This document shows, one piece after another, positions 26,034 through 35,590 of a stretch of DNA of 64,000 nucleotides; the first letter of the stretch is position 1; each line of letters begins with the position of its first letter. Origin of the DNA: Chlamydiia bacterium. Lineage in GTDB: Bacteria > Chlamydiota > Chlamydiia > Chlamydiales > 2-12-FULL-49-11. Under the pieces are notes generated by a model. It had not been told where the DNA came from. It ran no database searches and saw only the letters and a list, made by a program, of their open reading frames with translations. A program made the position numbers and the translations under genes. Where the stretch lies: assembly GCA_022601595.1 (NCBI GenBank), contig JAJACI010000002.1:12523-76522 (forward strand). The letters are read 5' to 3'.

Positions 26034-27080
26034 ATGATTGCATATATTTTATCTTTTTTCTTACTATTAAATATCTACTCCCTCCCTATGAATTTAGAGA
26101 AAGCGGGTGATTATAATAAAAAATTCAAGACAGTTGAGCAGAGCGCTGATCTAAAAAGGATCAATAATAGATTTTTTAATAGGGAGCCTGTCACTTTTAA
26201 AAAGCTCGAACCAGGTGAAGATCTGGCAGAGGCTGGAAAAGGAAGCACCATATATTTTGCCTATGCAAATGACGGAACGCCACTTGCTGTGATCAAAAGA
26301 TTACCATTAGATGACTCGATAGACAGAAAAGAGCTGAATGATGAGGTATCATCGTTACATGAGAAGTATTTTTATAACGCCAAGCACTTTAAGGTTCCCA
26401 AGCTCATAGGAACAGCAGAATTTGCATCTGAAGAGGAATCCTCTGCCTACGTGATAGAGTCGGTTGCTGCAGGAGAGTCCATCAATAATTTATTAAAGTC
26501 GGCAGCAAAAGCCTCAGGGCGTGATCGATTTTTCGCTTTAAGAACATTAAAAGAATCGGTAGAAAATACGGCTCGCTCTTTTGCAGAGATGCACAAAGTA
26601 AGAAAGTATTCTTCCTACTCCACCTATTATGATAACTATTTTGACTACTCAAAAGAGGGAAAATTCAACGGCCCTTACGGAATCATCCATGGTGATGCCC
26701 ATCTTGGAAATATCTTCTATAACAAGAAGACAGGAAAGACAACATTTATAGACCTATCATTTATGCCAAGATCCATAGGAAAAGGTGCTCCAGTGGGTCT
26801 AGACAGCGGCAAATTTATCTTCACCTTAGAAGCAATAGGATCCTTTTACGGTCTAAGCGTCTCTGAGATAGATCAACTAACAGAGGCCTACACATCCACC
26901 TACCTAGCAGGTAATCCAAAAATGACGAAAAAGCTCCTCAATCAGTACACAGAGGTAGCATACAAAGACTTTGCCTTCCCCTCCGATTCATTTGATGATG
27001 ATAGCACAGGGCAAGGGGATTTCTTATACCGTTATGCAGTCTCCAAAGTAGGCAAATCTGGAAAGACAGTCTTTGCATAG
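26034..27080 (+). CDS. Secreted/membrane-anchored kinase-fold (APH/choline-kinase-like phosphotransferase) protein
   Basis: Hydrophobic N-terminus MIAYILSFFLLLNIYS. Brenner-type motif GIIHGDAHLGNIFY followed by TTFIDLSF. Confidence 0.6.
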   Translation: MIAYILSFFLLLNIYSLPMNLEKAGDYNKKFKTVEQSADLKRINNRFFNREPVTFKKLEPGEDLAEAGKGSTIYFAYANDGTPLAVIKRLPLDDSIDRKELNDEVSSLHEKYFYNAKHFKVPKLIGTAEFASEEESSAYVIESVAAGESINNLLKSAAKASGRDRFFALRTLKESVENTARSFAEMHKVRKYSSYSTYYDNYFDYSKEGKFNGPYGIIHGDAHLGNIFYNKKTGKTTFIDLSFMPRSIGKGAPVGLDSGKFIFTLEAIGSFYGLSVSEIDQLTEAYTSTYLAGNPKMTKKLLNQYTEVAYKDFAFPSDSFDDDSTGQGDFLYRYAVSKVGKSGKTVFA

Positions 27081-27083
27081 AAA

Positions 27084-27117
27084 AGCCTACTACAATTGTA
27101 GTAGGCTAAACTATTTT
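27084..27117. terminator. Hairpin terminator between convergent genes
   Basis: agcctactaca-at-tgtagtaggct (11-bp arms), followed by aaactattttt. Confidence 0.6.
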
Positions 27118-27152
27118 TGGTAAATCTAGAGAGTGCTGCCTATAAGCTTGAT

Positions 27153-28556
27153 CTAAGAGGAAGAGGATTGCTCGCGTATTATTTTTAAGGCAGGAAATTC
27201 TTCTCCAGCACCTAGTACAGTTGTAACAACGCCGATTAATTCTGCCTCTTGCGGTTGATTAAAACATAAAAGTCGTACCAGCAGCACATTTTGCTTGTTC
27301 TCATCATCAGCCCCTCTAGATGTTATAAACCTCTGAAATATAGGGTTTTCTTTCGCTTTTTCTCTAAATAGATCCATCTCTATTTTCACCTCTTCTAAAA
27401 TAGGATTTGCTGATGGAAACGCCCTGCCTAAGCTTGAGTATGGGTAGATGCTATTATCTACAAATAACAAAACAGATAATAATTTTGTGCTAAAAATGGG
27501 TAAGTATTGCACCTTTCTAGGAATGGTTCCAATAACATTATTTTCATATAACTTCTTAATAATACTGGTAATATCGTTCTTTGAGCAATTCTTTTCTGCG
27601 CAAAACGATTTTAGACTCTCCACTCCCCCTTTATTAAACTCTGCCAAAGCACCATCCACCAGATCCTTCTCTCCTGGCTGTCTAAATGTTCCATTTGGAT
27701 CCTTTATCTCACCTGTCAAAAAAGGCTGGCTAAAAGCCCAATCTGTAAATTCCTCTAGTTGCCTTGCCTTTTCTAAACCTTCTGGTTGAGGTGTATCAGG
27801 ATCTAAGTTTATTTCTAAAAGAGTCTCAAAACTAACTATTGTCGCAGGAATATAACTCTGTTTATCAGGAAAATCAAGGCCGTTTAATCGCCCTGTTAAC
27901 TGCTTTACCCCTCTGCCTATCTTTTCTTTATCGACTTGAGATAAAGTCTGCTTCCCAATCAGGGCATCCCTCATAAGTTGATTGATCTGCCCTTTAATGT
28001 CTCCCACTAATTTGCTCAATTCACTGGCTACCGTTTCATGTACCTCTATTCTCTTTTTAGCAAGCGCATCTTCTATTTTGTTTACAACCAATTCAATATT
28101 AGTTTGTTCAGAATTAACAACCAATCCTTTCATTTTTTTTAACATCGATCCTAGTGCTGCAATAGTCGACTCAGCAGGTGTTTCTTCTTGTATTTTTACC
28201 AAATTTTTATATTTAGCTACTCTTTCTAACAATTTTGGAAGTTTCTCTTCTACCTCGCTTAATTGCTTGGTAAAATAAACGCCCTCTATTTCCTGTAAAA
28301 GGGCATTAGCTTGATTGAGAATTTGTCCACCACTTTCAAGTGTCACTTCATCTTCACCAGCAGATACTATTACATTTATCCATTCTGCGGCTAAATCATT
28401 CACCTCTCTGGTTCCACTAGGCCCGCCTCCCCCTCCACTTAAATGCTCTACACTATGCTCAGTAACAAAAGATTCTGATAACGGCTCCTTCGATCCCCCG
28501 CCACCACCTTCTGTTTCATAACTAGGCACATCTCTATTGGGATTTGCTGGCTCCAT
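27153..28556 (-). CDS. Hypothetical protein, effector-like (Gly-run N-terminus, coiled-coil middle)
   Basis: The ORF opens at TTG 28589; first ATG is at 28556 (MEPANPNRD). Low-complexity GGGGGS/GGGGGP runs. No enzymatic motif recognised. Confidence 0.55.
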   Translation of the reverse strand: MEPANPNRDVPSYETEGGGGGSKEPLSESFVTEHSVEHLSGGGGGPSGTREVNDLAAEWINVIVSAGEDEVTLESGGQILNQANALLQEIEGVYFTKQLSEVEEKLPKLLERVAKYKNLVKIQEETPAESTIAALGSMLKKMKGLVVNSEQTNIELVVNKIEDALAKKRIEVHETVASELSKLVGDIKGQINQLMRDALIGKQTLSQVDKEKIGRGVKQLTGRLNGLDFPDKQSYIPATIVSFETLLEINLDPDTPQPEGLEKARQLEEFTDWAFSQPFLTGEIKDPNGTFRQPGEKDLVDGALAEFNKGGVESLKSFCAEKNCSKNDITSIIKKLYENNVIGTIPRKVQYLPIFSTKLLSVLLFVDNSIYPYSSLGRAFPSANPILEEVKIEMDLFREKAKENPIFQRFITSRGADDENKQNVLLVRLLCFNQPQEAELIGVVTTVLGAGEEFPALKIIREQSSSS

Positions 28557-28616
28557 AACTTCTCTCCATACACCTTTAGATATACTCAACTATTAATATC
28601 TTTTGATAATTGTAAA

Positions 28617-28776
28617 GGAGACTCTGAAAAACGGACAATTTTATAATCTTCCAGATTTCTTATAAATCTTATTTTTCGTAGCGCCCCATCCCAAGAGGGA
28701 TGCCGCTTACTCCAAAATAGGATTTATTTCAAAAAACCTGAAAAGATTCTAAAAAGTGTAGTTTATCAGAGTCTCC
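28617..28776 (-). mobile_element. Family A 160-bp element, copy A6
   Basis: Full-length copy flanked by taaa/taaa, between the 5' end of the 27153 gene and the pssA stop. Confidence 0.9.
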
Positions 28777-28785
28777 TAAAGGAAG

Positions 28786-29556
28786 TTATCTGCTTTTTGA
28801 TTTTCTTTTGGTGAAAGGGAGCATGCATAATGATATTAAGATGTAACCCCAAGATAAGCAAAGCAGTAGGATAGAAAGGTTATAGATTAACCCGTAGAGA
28901 AAGGCTATAATCAAGAGCGATCCTAAAAAGACTGCAGAAAAAGATCTAAAGCGAAAGCGGAAGCTTTTTACACTTGCAAAGCGTATTTTTGATAGCATCA
29001 GGTAGGCAAGAAAAATACCCACTGCAGTTAATATCCAACCGCGTACATCTCCATCTAAGGAAACTCTTTTGACAAAGAAAGGGGCGTGAAATAAAAGGTT
29101 TGGGGAAATAAAAGCAATTGCTGCAGCAGGAATAGGAAGGCCAATAAAGGCTTTATTCTTCTCCTCCTTATCAATCCCCTGCTTAATGTTAAATCGAACA
29201 AGGCGAAGGACGCCGCAGATAGTATAAATCATTGCAGCAAAGAGGGCAAAAAATCCAGGCAGATCTAATTCTACCAGTTTAAGAGAGCTTAGAAATAGGA
29301 CAGAAGGAGCTACACCAAAAGAGATGGCATCAGAGAGACTGTCAAATGCAAGGCCAAATTCAGACTCGCCATGTACCGCTCGCGCCACTGCGCCATCTAA
29401 TACATCGGCAAAAGCTGCCAAAAGCACAACTAGTGTCATTGTCTGTAAAAGGGTAAACGATGTACCCGTTACCATGTTCACTCGAAAGATAACAAATAAA
29501 CCGCACGCTAAACCAAAGGAGGTTATAATATTAGGAATAATAGAGACTCTTTTCAT
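28786..29556 (-). CDS. pssA: CDP-diacylglycerol--serine O-phosphatidyltransferase
   Basis: CDP-alcohol phosphatidyltransferase motif DVLDGAVARAVHGESEFGLAFDSLSD (D-G-x2-A-R-x8-G-x3-D-x3-D) in a polytopic membrane protein. Confidence 0.85.
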   Translation of the reverse strand: MKRVSIIPNIITSFGLACGLFVIFRVNMVTGTSFTLLQTMTLVVLLAAFADVLDGAVARAVHGESEFGLAFDSLSDAISFGVAPSVLFLSSLKLVELDLPGFFALFAAMIYTICGVLRLVRFNIKQGIDKEEKNKAFIGLPIPAAAIAFISPNLLFHAPFFVKRVSLDGDVRGWILTAVGIFLAYLMLSKIRFASVKSFRFRFRSFSAVFLGSLLIIAFLYGLIYNLSILLLCLSWGYILISLCMLPFTKRKSKSR

Positions 29557-29618
29557 AGTTTAATCATAACCGATTTTCTTTTATCATTCTAGCTTATTGT
29601 CATTACCGTTTCTTATTA

Positions 29619-30350
29619 CTATAATAAGTGGGTAAGGCCTAAGTATTTTTCACAATCCTGTACTATCTCTGGTAATAAAAGATCATTGTCTACTCTTTGT
29701 TTAGGAAAAGCTTTAAGCAAGTCAAACGCCTCTTGAACAAGTATTTTTCTATTTGTTATTTCTCTCTCTGGAACTTCTCCCCCTGAAGACTTTAATGCAT
29801 CTATTTGTCTCTCTATCCTTTGCATACAAACTTGATAAATGGTATCTAATTCCTTTTCCAGCTTTTTCGTGTTAGATTCAATTTGTTGAGTACGTGTAGG
29901 TTTGACAAAAGATTTAGCATAAGTATCAGCTCTTTTGAAAAAGTTTCTAACCATACCATAAGATTTCTCTTTTTCCTGCTCGGCTTGTTGGTTATCCTCT
30001 AAAAACTTTTTCGCCCTTTGCACAACACCTGAAGATTGTTTGACAAAAGAAACATACCCCTCTGCATCAAATTCTTTTTTTGAGGAGCCTACCAAAGTAT
30101 TTGTCATATCCAGCAAGTTATCTTTGGTAACATTTAAGTCCTCTAAACCTTTAGAAGTAGTACGTACCTGCGCTAAAGAATCTACTGGTAGTTGATTGCT
30201 GGTAAATACCGCTGATGTTTTTTCATCTGAAGAGCTCTTTCCCTCTACAATGGTAACTTTTCTATTACCAAGAGTACCTTCTCTTGTTACAGAACCTTTT
30301 GACTCAACATCTTGTGGACTATTTCCCCTTGCCCCATCTACTGGATCCAT
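29619..30350 (-). CDS. Hypothetical protein (243 aa), effector-like
   Basis: ATG-to-stop ORF with a disordered-looking polar N-terminus and a helical remainder. No motif recognised. Confidence 0.5.
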   Translation of the reverse strand: MDPVDGARGNSPQDVESKGSVTREGTLGNRKVTIVEGKSSSDEKTSAVFTSNQLPVDSLAQVRTTSKGLEDLNVTKDNLLDMTNTLVGSSKKEFDAEGYVSFVKQSSGVVQRAKKFLEDNQQAEQEKEKSYGMVRNFFKRADTYAKSFVKPTRTQQIESNTKKLEKELDTIYQVCMQRIERQIDALKSSGGEVPEREITNRKILVQEAFDLLKAFPKQRVDNDLLLPEIVQDCEKYLGLTHLL

Positions 30351-30448
30351 ACCTAACCTCCTATTTCTATAATCATTACCATAAAGATCGCCGGCAATAA
30401 GTAAAGGAAAATCTTCCCCTAAAAAGGACTTTCTGCTACTGGATAAGT

Positions 30449-32104
30449 ATGCTTAGATCTCTTAAAAAAATCCGCCCTAAGGCAAATAAGCTTTTAAGCT
30501 TTTCGGCTAATTGGAAGAGGTCTAACAGAGATTTAAATACCTTGTTGGGCGAGCAGATCCATGCGCTTATAGAAAAAGAAACCTTTCCTCAAGCAGTAGA
30601 GCTTTTTTTTCATATTCCCATGTTTAAGACGGTGCTTAAAAACCTAAAAGCTGGAAGTTTATGGAAAAATGTATACGTTTTTACCGATGAGGACCATCAT
30701 CCCCCAAAAGAGATACAAGATGTGCAAGATATTGCAGCGGCCTTTCAAAAAGTTTGCTCTATTGCCCACTATCCAAACTACCCTGAAGACTCTCTTGCAA
30801 AAGCAAAGCTTTTAACGGCGCATATCCATGACTATTTATTTCTTATCTTTAAGCTTAAACGTTTTAAGGGAAAGGCTGCGGAAAAGGTGAAGGTCCATTT
30901 GCTCTCAAGGGTCAGGGATTTTGTTAGAGATCTGAAAAAAGAGCTCAAAAAAGACTCCATTCTTTTTCAATCCTTACATAAGATACCATCTCTTTCTGCC
31001 ATAGCAAAAATTTCATCAAAGACTATTTCTTTAGAAGATATTGAATTAACTCACGGGATCCTTGCTCGATTAAATACTTTATCTACCGATGAAAATACCG
31101 GGATCAGTACCTGTCATAAAATTCTCAATCAAATGCACAAACAGATTGAGCTGGTTTTTGATGCTATTTCCAAAAACGCCCCTTTTTATTTACCTTTTTC
31201 TATAAGAAAAGTCGTTTTTGCAAAGATGAAAGAGGTAAAAACTACCAAAGCACTTTATAACTCATTAGAGACACTTTTTAACGACTCCCGATATGAGATC
31301 ATCGAAACTAAGCAAGCAAGTCACTTGCAAAATGTAAAAGAAGCATGCACTCCCCTGCACATCTTATCCAAGAGTCTTGATGAAATAGGGGCGAGCCCGG
31401 ATCTACCAGAAGGGTTTAAAGCCTACTACAAAAATTATTATACCCCGCTAAAACTCGTCCTTGATAGTATCGAAGAGTATAATTCACAGATTGGATATTT
31501 TCTTGCAGGTTTTTATGAAACTCAGGTTAGTTATCTTCTAGAGCTTTTAAGCAACCCTCCTACTAGAATGGAGCCTGCAGATACCGCTATTATAGAACAA
31601 AAGCTCATTACCTTTTTAGAAACCTACGCCAGGGTAAAGCCTGAGCTTTTACAAATAGATATCAAGCAGGCTTTTACCAATGAATATATTAAAGAGCTCT
31701 TACTTGATGATGCAAAGGCGTATATTACCAACACCTTCTCCTATATCCTTCCTGAAAGAAATGAAGACATCTTCATTCTACTTGAAAAAAATAGCAAAGA
31801 AATACTCACCCTCCTTCTAAAGATCTATAAAACCATGGATCCCTCTTGTTTCACCGCACATCTTTTAAAAGAAAAGATCAAAGGTTTATATCTTATAGAT
31901 GTCCCCTCTTTTCAGCTTGGATGGTATTTATTTGGAGAGATCGTTTCCATTTTATATATCCTCTCCGCCGCGGGAAAAAAAGATGCATTAAAAATCATCG
32001 AAAGCTTTTTAATCGATATTTACCAGTATCCGATTTTCACCGTTTTATTAAATGCAAAAAGGGCTAGTCTACCAAAAATATTCATTAAGCTGCAAATGAT
32101 TTAG
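30449..32104 (+). CDS. Hypothetical protein (551 aa)
   Basis: Long uninterrupted ORF with a basic N-terminus and one hydrophobic segment near the C-terminus. No motif recognised. Confidence 0.55.
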   Translation: MLRSLKKIRPKANKLLSFSANWKRSNRDLNTLLGEQIHALIEKETFPQAVELFFHIPMFKTVLKNLKAGSLWKNVYVFTDEDHHPPKEIQDVQDIAAAFQKVCSIAHYPNYPEDSLAKAKLLTAHIHDYLFLIFKLKRFKGKAAEKVKVHLLSRVRDFVRDLKKELKKDSILFQSLHKIPSLSAIAKISSKTISLEDIELTHGILARLNTLSTDENTGISTCHKILNQMHKQIELVFDAISKNAPFYLPFSIRKVVFAKMKEVKTTKALYNSLETLFNDSRYEIIETKQASHLQNVKEACTPLHILSKSLDEIGASPDLPEGFKAYYKNYYTPLKLVLDSIEEYNSQIGYFLAGFYETQVSYLLELLSNPPTRMEPADTAIIEQKLITFLETYARVKPELLQIDIKQAFTNEYIKELLLDDAKAYITNTFSYILPERNEDIFILLEKNSKEILTLLLKIYKTMDPSCFTAHLLKEKIKGLYLIDVPSFQLGWYLFGEIVSILYILSAAGKKDALKIIESFLIDIYQYPIFTVLLNAKRASLPKIFIKLQMI

Positions 32105-32149
32105 TCTTATCCGAAAAAGATTTTTTTTCTCTGGACAAATAGATGCCAA

Positions 32150-32165
32150 ATACAATATATAGTAT
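32150..32165. promoter_or_regulatory. NrdR-box-like palindrome 1
   Basis: atacaatatatagtat agrees at 14 of 16 positions with the NrdR box consensus as I recall it (acaCwAtATaTwGtgt). Confidence 0.65.
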
Positions 32166-32181
32166 CTATGGTAGACGTAAA

Positions 32182-32197
32182 ACACTACATATAGTAT
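32182..32197. promoter_or_regulatory. NrdR-box-like palindrome 2
   Basis: acactacatatagtat also agrees at 14 of 16 positions. It lies 32 bp (about three helical turns) from box 1 and 35 nt before the nrdA ATG. Confidence 0.65.
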
Positions 32198-32231
32198 CTG
32201 AAGGTAGAAAGAACATTTAATAAGGAGCGTT

Positions 32232-35200
32232 ATGAAAGAGGATAAAGAGGTAATTACTAAAGCAAAAGAGAATATAAATGATAATGATCTTTTGTCTTCT
32301 ATGAAAAAGAAAAAAAGCCCTAAAAAGGTGAATGCTGACGCTCTTACTATTGTAAAAAGAAACGGCGCTATTCTCCCTTTTAGAAAAGATCGAATAGAAA
32401 ATGCACTAACGCTTGCTTTTTGTGATACAAAAAACCTTCCTAAAGACAAACCTCTTCCCCTTGCGACAAAAAATACTATTGCTCGTCTTGCCACTATTGT
32501 AGAAGATAAATCTAAGCACCTTGGAGAAAAAGGGGTTACACTTACCGTAGAGGGTATTCAGGATCTTGTTGAAATTACATTAATGAAGAATAATTTCCAT
32601 GATGTTGCCCGCGATTACATCCTTTATAGAGATCACAAAAGAGGACAGCGCGGCGAGGTAAAGATTATTACGATTTTAAGTGCCGATGGCATTACAAAAA
32701 GACGTTTTAACCCAATGAAAGTTGCATCTTCCATAGAAAGTCTATTTAGATCTCACCATGGCCTCGAAGGTCAAACAGAAGAAGGGGTGGTTGCATCTAT
32801 CAATGAGGTAACAGCTCTGGTTACAAAAGCAGTAGTAGATTTAGAAAAAAATACTATTACAAGAGAGGCTTTAGAAGAAATTACAGAGAATGCTCTTATG
32901 CAGCTTGGGTTTTACGAAGAGGCTAAAAGGTACATCCGCTCAAGAAATACGGTAGATACAAAAAAAGCAGAAAAGGAGCATGGAAAATCTTTCACTATCA
33001 CAGGAGAAAAAGGGTCCACTTATACCATCACTGAAAATGATTTAAGGCAACAGATTACACATGCTTGTAGAAATACAGAAAATATTGATATAAAAGAGCT
33101 GGTTCATTCCTCCCTTTTAAATTTCTATGAAGGTATTACAGAAGCTGAGGTGGATACCGCACTTATCATGGCAGCACGTGCTAAAATTGAGGTAGAACCT
33201 AACTATACTTATGTTACCGCAAAGCTACTGATGGAGAAAATCTATAGAGAGACTTTAGAGTGCTCTTCTCGAGAAAAGAGTTTTGAGCAAAGCTATAGAG
33301 AATATTTTGTAAGTTATATTCAAAAAGGCATTTCTGTAGAAAGATTATCAACAGAGCTTTACGATTTCGATTTAGATGCCCTTTCTAAAGCGATTGTTCC
33401 AGATAGAGATTACCTTATTCAATATCTAGGACTACAAACCCTTTATGATAGGTATTTTGTTCAGCATAAGGATAAAAGATTAGAAACTCCTCAGATTTTT
33501 TGGATGAGGGTTGCTATGGGACTATCTATTAGAGAAGATAATAAAACAAAAAGAGCGATAGAATTTTATAATATTCTTTCTCAGCTTTTATATTCTCCAG
33601 GCACTCCAACTTTATTTAACTCAGGAACCAATCACTCTCAACTAAGCTCTTGTTACCTTTCCACTATTAATGATGATCTAGAGCATATCTTTAAAGTGAT
33701 CTCTGATGATGCTCAACTTTCTAAATGGGCAGGAGGACTTGGTAATGACTGGACATCTGTTCGTGCTACAGGATCTCTTATTAAAGGGACAAATGGTCGC
33801 TCTCAAGGGATTATCCCATTTTTAAAAGTGGCCAATGATACCGCCGTTGCTGTAAATCAGGGTGGAAAAAGAAAAGGAGCTCTATGCTCTTACCTAGAAA
33901 CCTGGCATTTAGATATTGAAAACTTCCTAGAGCTTCGTAAAAATACCGGTGATGAAAGACGCCGTACTCATGATATGAATACTGCTAACTGGATTCCCGA
34001 TCTATTTATGAAAAGGGTAGAGGAAAATGGTAAGTGGACACTGTTTACCCCATCTGATGTACCTGATCTCCACGATTTATACGGCGCAGCATTTGAAAAG
34101 CGTTATGTGGAATATGAAAAAGCGGTGGAGGCAGGGAAAATTGCCCTTTACAAAATCCTTGATGCAAAAGATTTGTGGAGAAAAATGCTCTCTATGCTCT
34201 TTGAAACAGGACACCCTTGGATTACTTTTAAGGATCCATCTAATGTACGCTCCCCTCAAAGTCATATGGGTGTGGTTCACAGTTCTAATCTATGTACAGA
34301 AATTCTCCTTAACACTTCAAAAGAAGAGGTTGCAGTATGTAATTTAGGATCGGTGAATTTAATAGCGCATTTAGATGATAAAGATAATATTGATGAGAAG
34401 CTGTTAGAATATACCGTTACCACAGCAATAAGAATGCTTGATAACGTTATCGATATCAATTTCTATCCAATACCTGAGGCAAAACATGCCAATTCCAAGC
34501 ATAGACCTATTGGTCTTGGGCTGATGGGATTCCAAGATCTTCTTCATAGAAAAAAACTTAGCTATGCAAGCTTTGAGGCAGCAGACGTTGCCGATGATGT
34601 GATGGAGAAAATTTCTTTCCATGCAATCAAAGCCTCGGCAAATCTTGCAAAAGATCGTGGTTGCTATGAAAGTTATAAAGGATCCAAATGGGATCAAGGG
34701 ATGCTTCCTATTGATACTATCGACCTTTTAGAAAAAGAGCGCGGACAAAAAATAGAGATGGACAGATCTTCTAAAAAAGATTGGGAGTCTGTTAGGGCTC
34801 TTGTTAAAAAACATGGGATGAGAAATTCTAATACCATGGCCATCGCACCTACTGCAACGATTGCCAATATATTAGGAGTATCGGCATCTATTGACCCTAA
34901 CTATAAAAATCTATATGTAAAATCCAATCTATCTGGTGAGTTTACCATAACAAACATCTACCTTGTCGCAGAGCTTAAAAAGCTTGGCCTCTGGGATAAA
35001 GAGATGATTGATGATCTTAAATACTTTGATGGATCGGTTTCAGAAATTGAGCGTGTACCTCAAGAGCTCAAAGATAAATTCTTAACCGCTTTTGAAGTAG
35101 ACTCTTTATGGTTGATTGAATGTGGAAGTCGCCGTCAAAAATGGATAGACATGGGGCAATCTATGAATCTATTTTTAGCAGAGCCATCTGGTAAAAAAAT

Positions 35201-35423
35201 GCATGAAATGTATTTTGCTGCTTGGAAAAAAGGTATTAAGACCACTTACTACTTAAGAGCAATGGCAGCGACAACTATTGAAAAATCTACAACAGACATT
35301 AACAAAAGGGGAATTCAGCCAAGGTGGATGAAAAATGCTTCTGCATCTTCTCGAATTGATGTAAAAAGAGAGGTGAAGCCGCAGGCTTGTAGCATGGACG
35401 AAGGCTGCGAAAGCTGCCAATAA
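32232..35423 (+). CDS. nrdA: Ribonucleoside-diphosphate reductase alpha subunit with extended multi-ATP-cone N-terminus
   Basis: RBS taaggag upstream. ATP-cone-like segments (VKRNGAILPFRKDRIENAL..., KRRFNPMKVASSIESLF...) precede the class I catalytic core (LSSCYL, NLCTEI, C-terminal CESCQ). Confidence 0.9.
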   Translation: MKEDKEVITKAKENINDNDLLSSMKKKKSPKKVNADALTIVKRNGAILPFRKDRIENALTLAFCDTKNLPKDKPLPLATKNTIARLATIVEDKSKHLGEKGVTLTVEGIQDLVEITLMKNNFHDVARDYILYRDHKRGQRGEVKIITILSADGITKRRFNPMKVASSIESLFRSHHGLEGQTEEGVVASINEVTALVTKAVVDLEKNTITREALEEITENALMQLGFYEEAKRYIRSRNTVDTKKAEKEHGKSFTITGEKGSTYTITENDLRQQITHACRNTENIDIKELVHSSLLNFYEGITEAEVDTALIMAARAKIEVEPNYTYVTAKLLMEKIYRETLECSSREKSFEQSYREYFVSYIQKGISVERLSTELYDFDLDALSKAIVPDRDYLIQYLGLQTLYDRYFVQHKDKRLETPQIFWMRVAMGLSIREDNKTKRAIEFYNILSQLLYSPGTPTLFNSGTNHSQLSSCYLSTINDDLEHIFKVISDDAQLSKWAGGLGNDWTSVRATGSLIKGTNGRSQGIIPFLKVANDTAVAVNQGGKRKGALCSYLETWHLDIENFLELRKNTGDERRRTHDMNTANWIPDLFMKRVEENGKWTLFTPSDVPDLHDLYGAAFEKRYVEYEKAVEAGKIALYKILDAKDLWRKMLSMLFETGHPWITFKDPSNVRSPQSHMGVVHSSNLCTEILLNTSKEEVAVCNLGSVNLIAHLDDKDNIDEKLLEYTVTTAIRMLDNVIDINFYPIPEAKHANSKHRPIGLGLMGFQDLLHRKKLSYASFEAADVADDVMEKISFHAIKASANLAKDRGCYESYKGSKWDQGMLPIDTIDLLEKERGQKIEMDRSSKKDWESVRALVKKHGMRNSNTMAIAPTATIANILGVSASIDPNYKNLYVKSNLSGEFTITNIYLVAELKKLGLWDKEMIDDLKYFDGSVSEIERVPQELKDKFLTAFEVDSLWLIECGSRRQKWIDMGQSMNLFLAEPSGKKMHEMYFAAWKKGIKTTYYLRAMAATTIEKSTTDINKRGIQPRWMKNASASSRIDVKREVKPQACSMDEGCESCQ

Positions 35424-35535
35424 CTGTTAATATCTGAGTTTTTGGTATATTTTTCATTTTCCAGGTTTCTGAGTACACTCATACACTATCAACCAGGAAA
35501 ATGAAAAATCTCCTCAAAAAATCAAAGATTAACAG
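35424..35535 (-). repeat. Family C long hairpin C5 in the nrdA-nrdB spacer
   Basis: Starts at the nt after the nrdA stop. Arms ctgttaatatctgag...cattttccaggtt / aaccaggaaaatg...gattaacag. Apex at 35468-35490 is tctgagtacactcatacactatc, the reverse complement of the family motif. Confidence 0.7.
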
Positions 35536-35590
35536 TCATTGGTAAAATAGATTTATCAAGAAATACAGAATAAAAAGTAGGTGAGAAATT

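Noticed and set aside
29604-29618. tgtcattaccgtttc as another family B terminus
   Set aside because: It is only a 14-15-nt match with no partner terminus or B interior nearby, so it could be chance.
32069-32494. 141-aa minus-strand ORF spanning the nrdA 5' end and promoter
   Set aside because: It overlaps the well-supported nrdA start and the NrdR-box region. The product is a low-complexity F/L/S-rich string with no motif.
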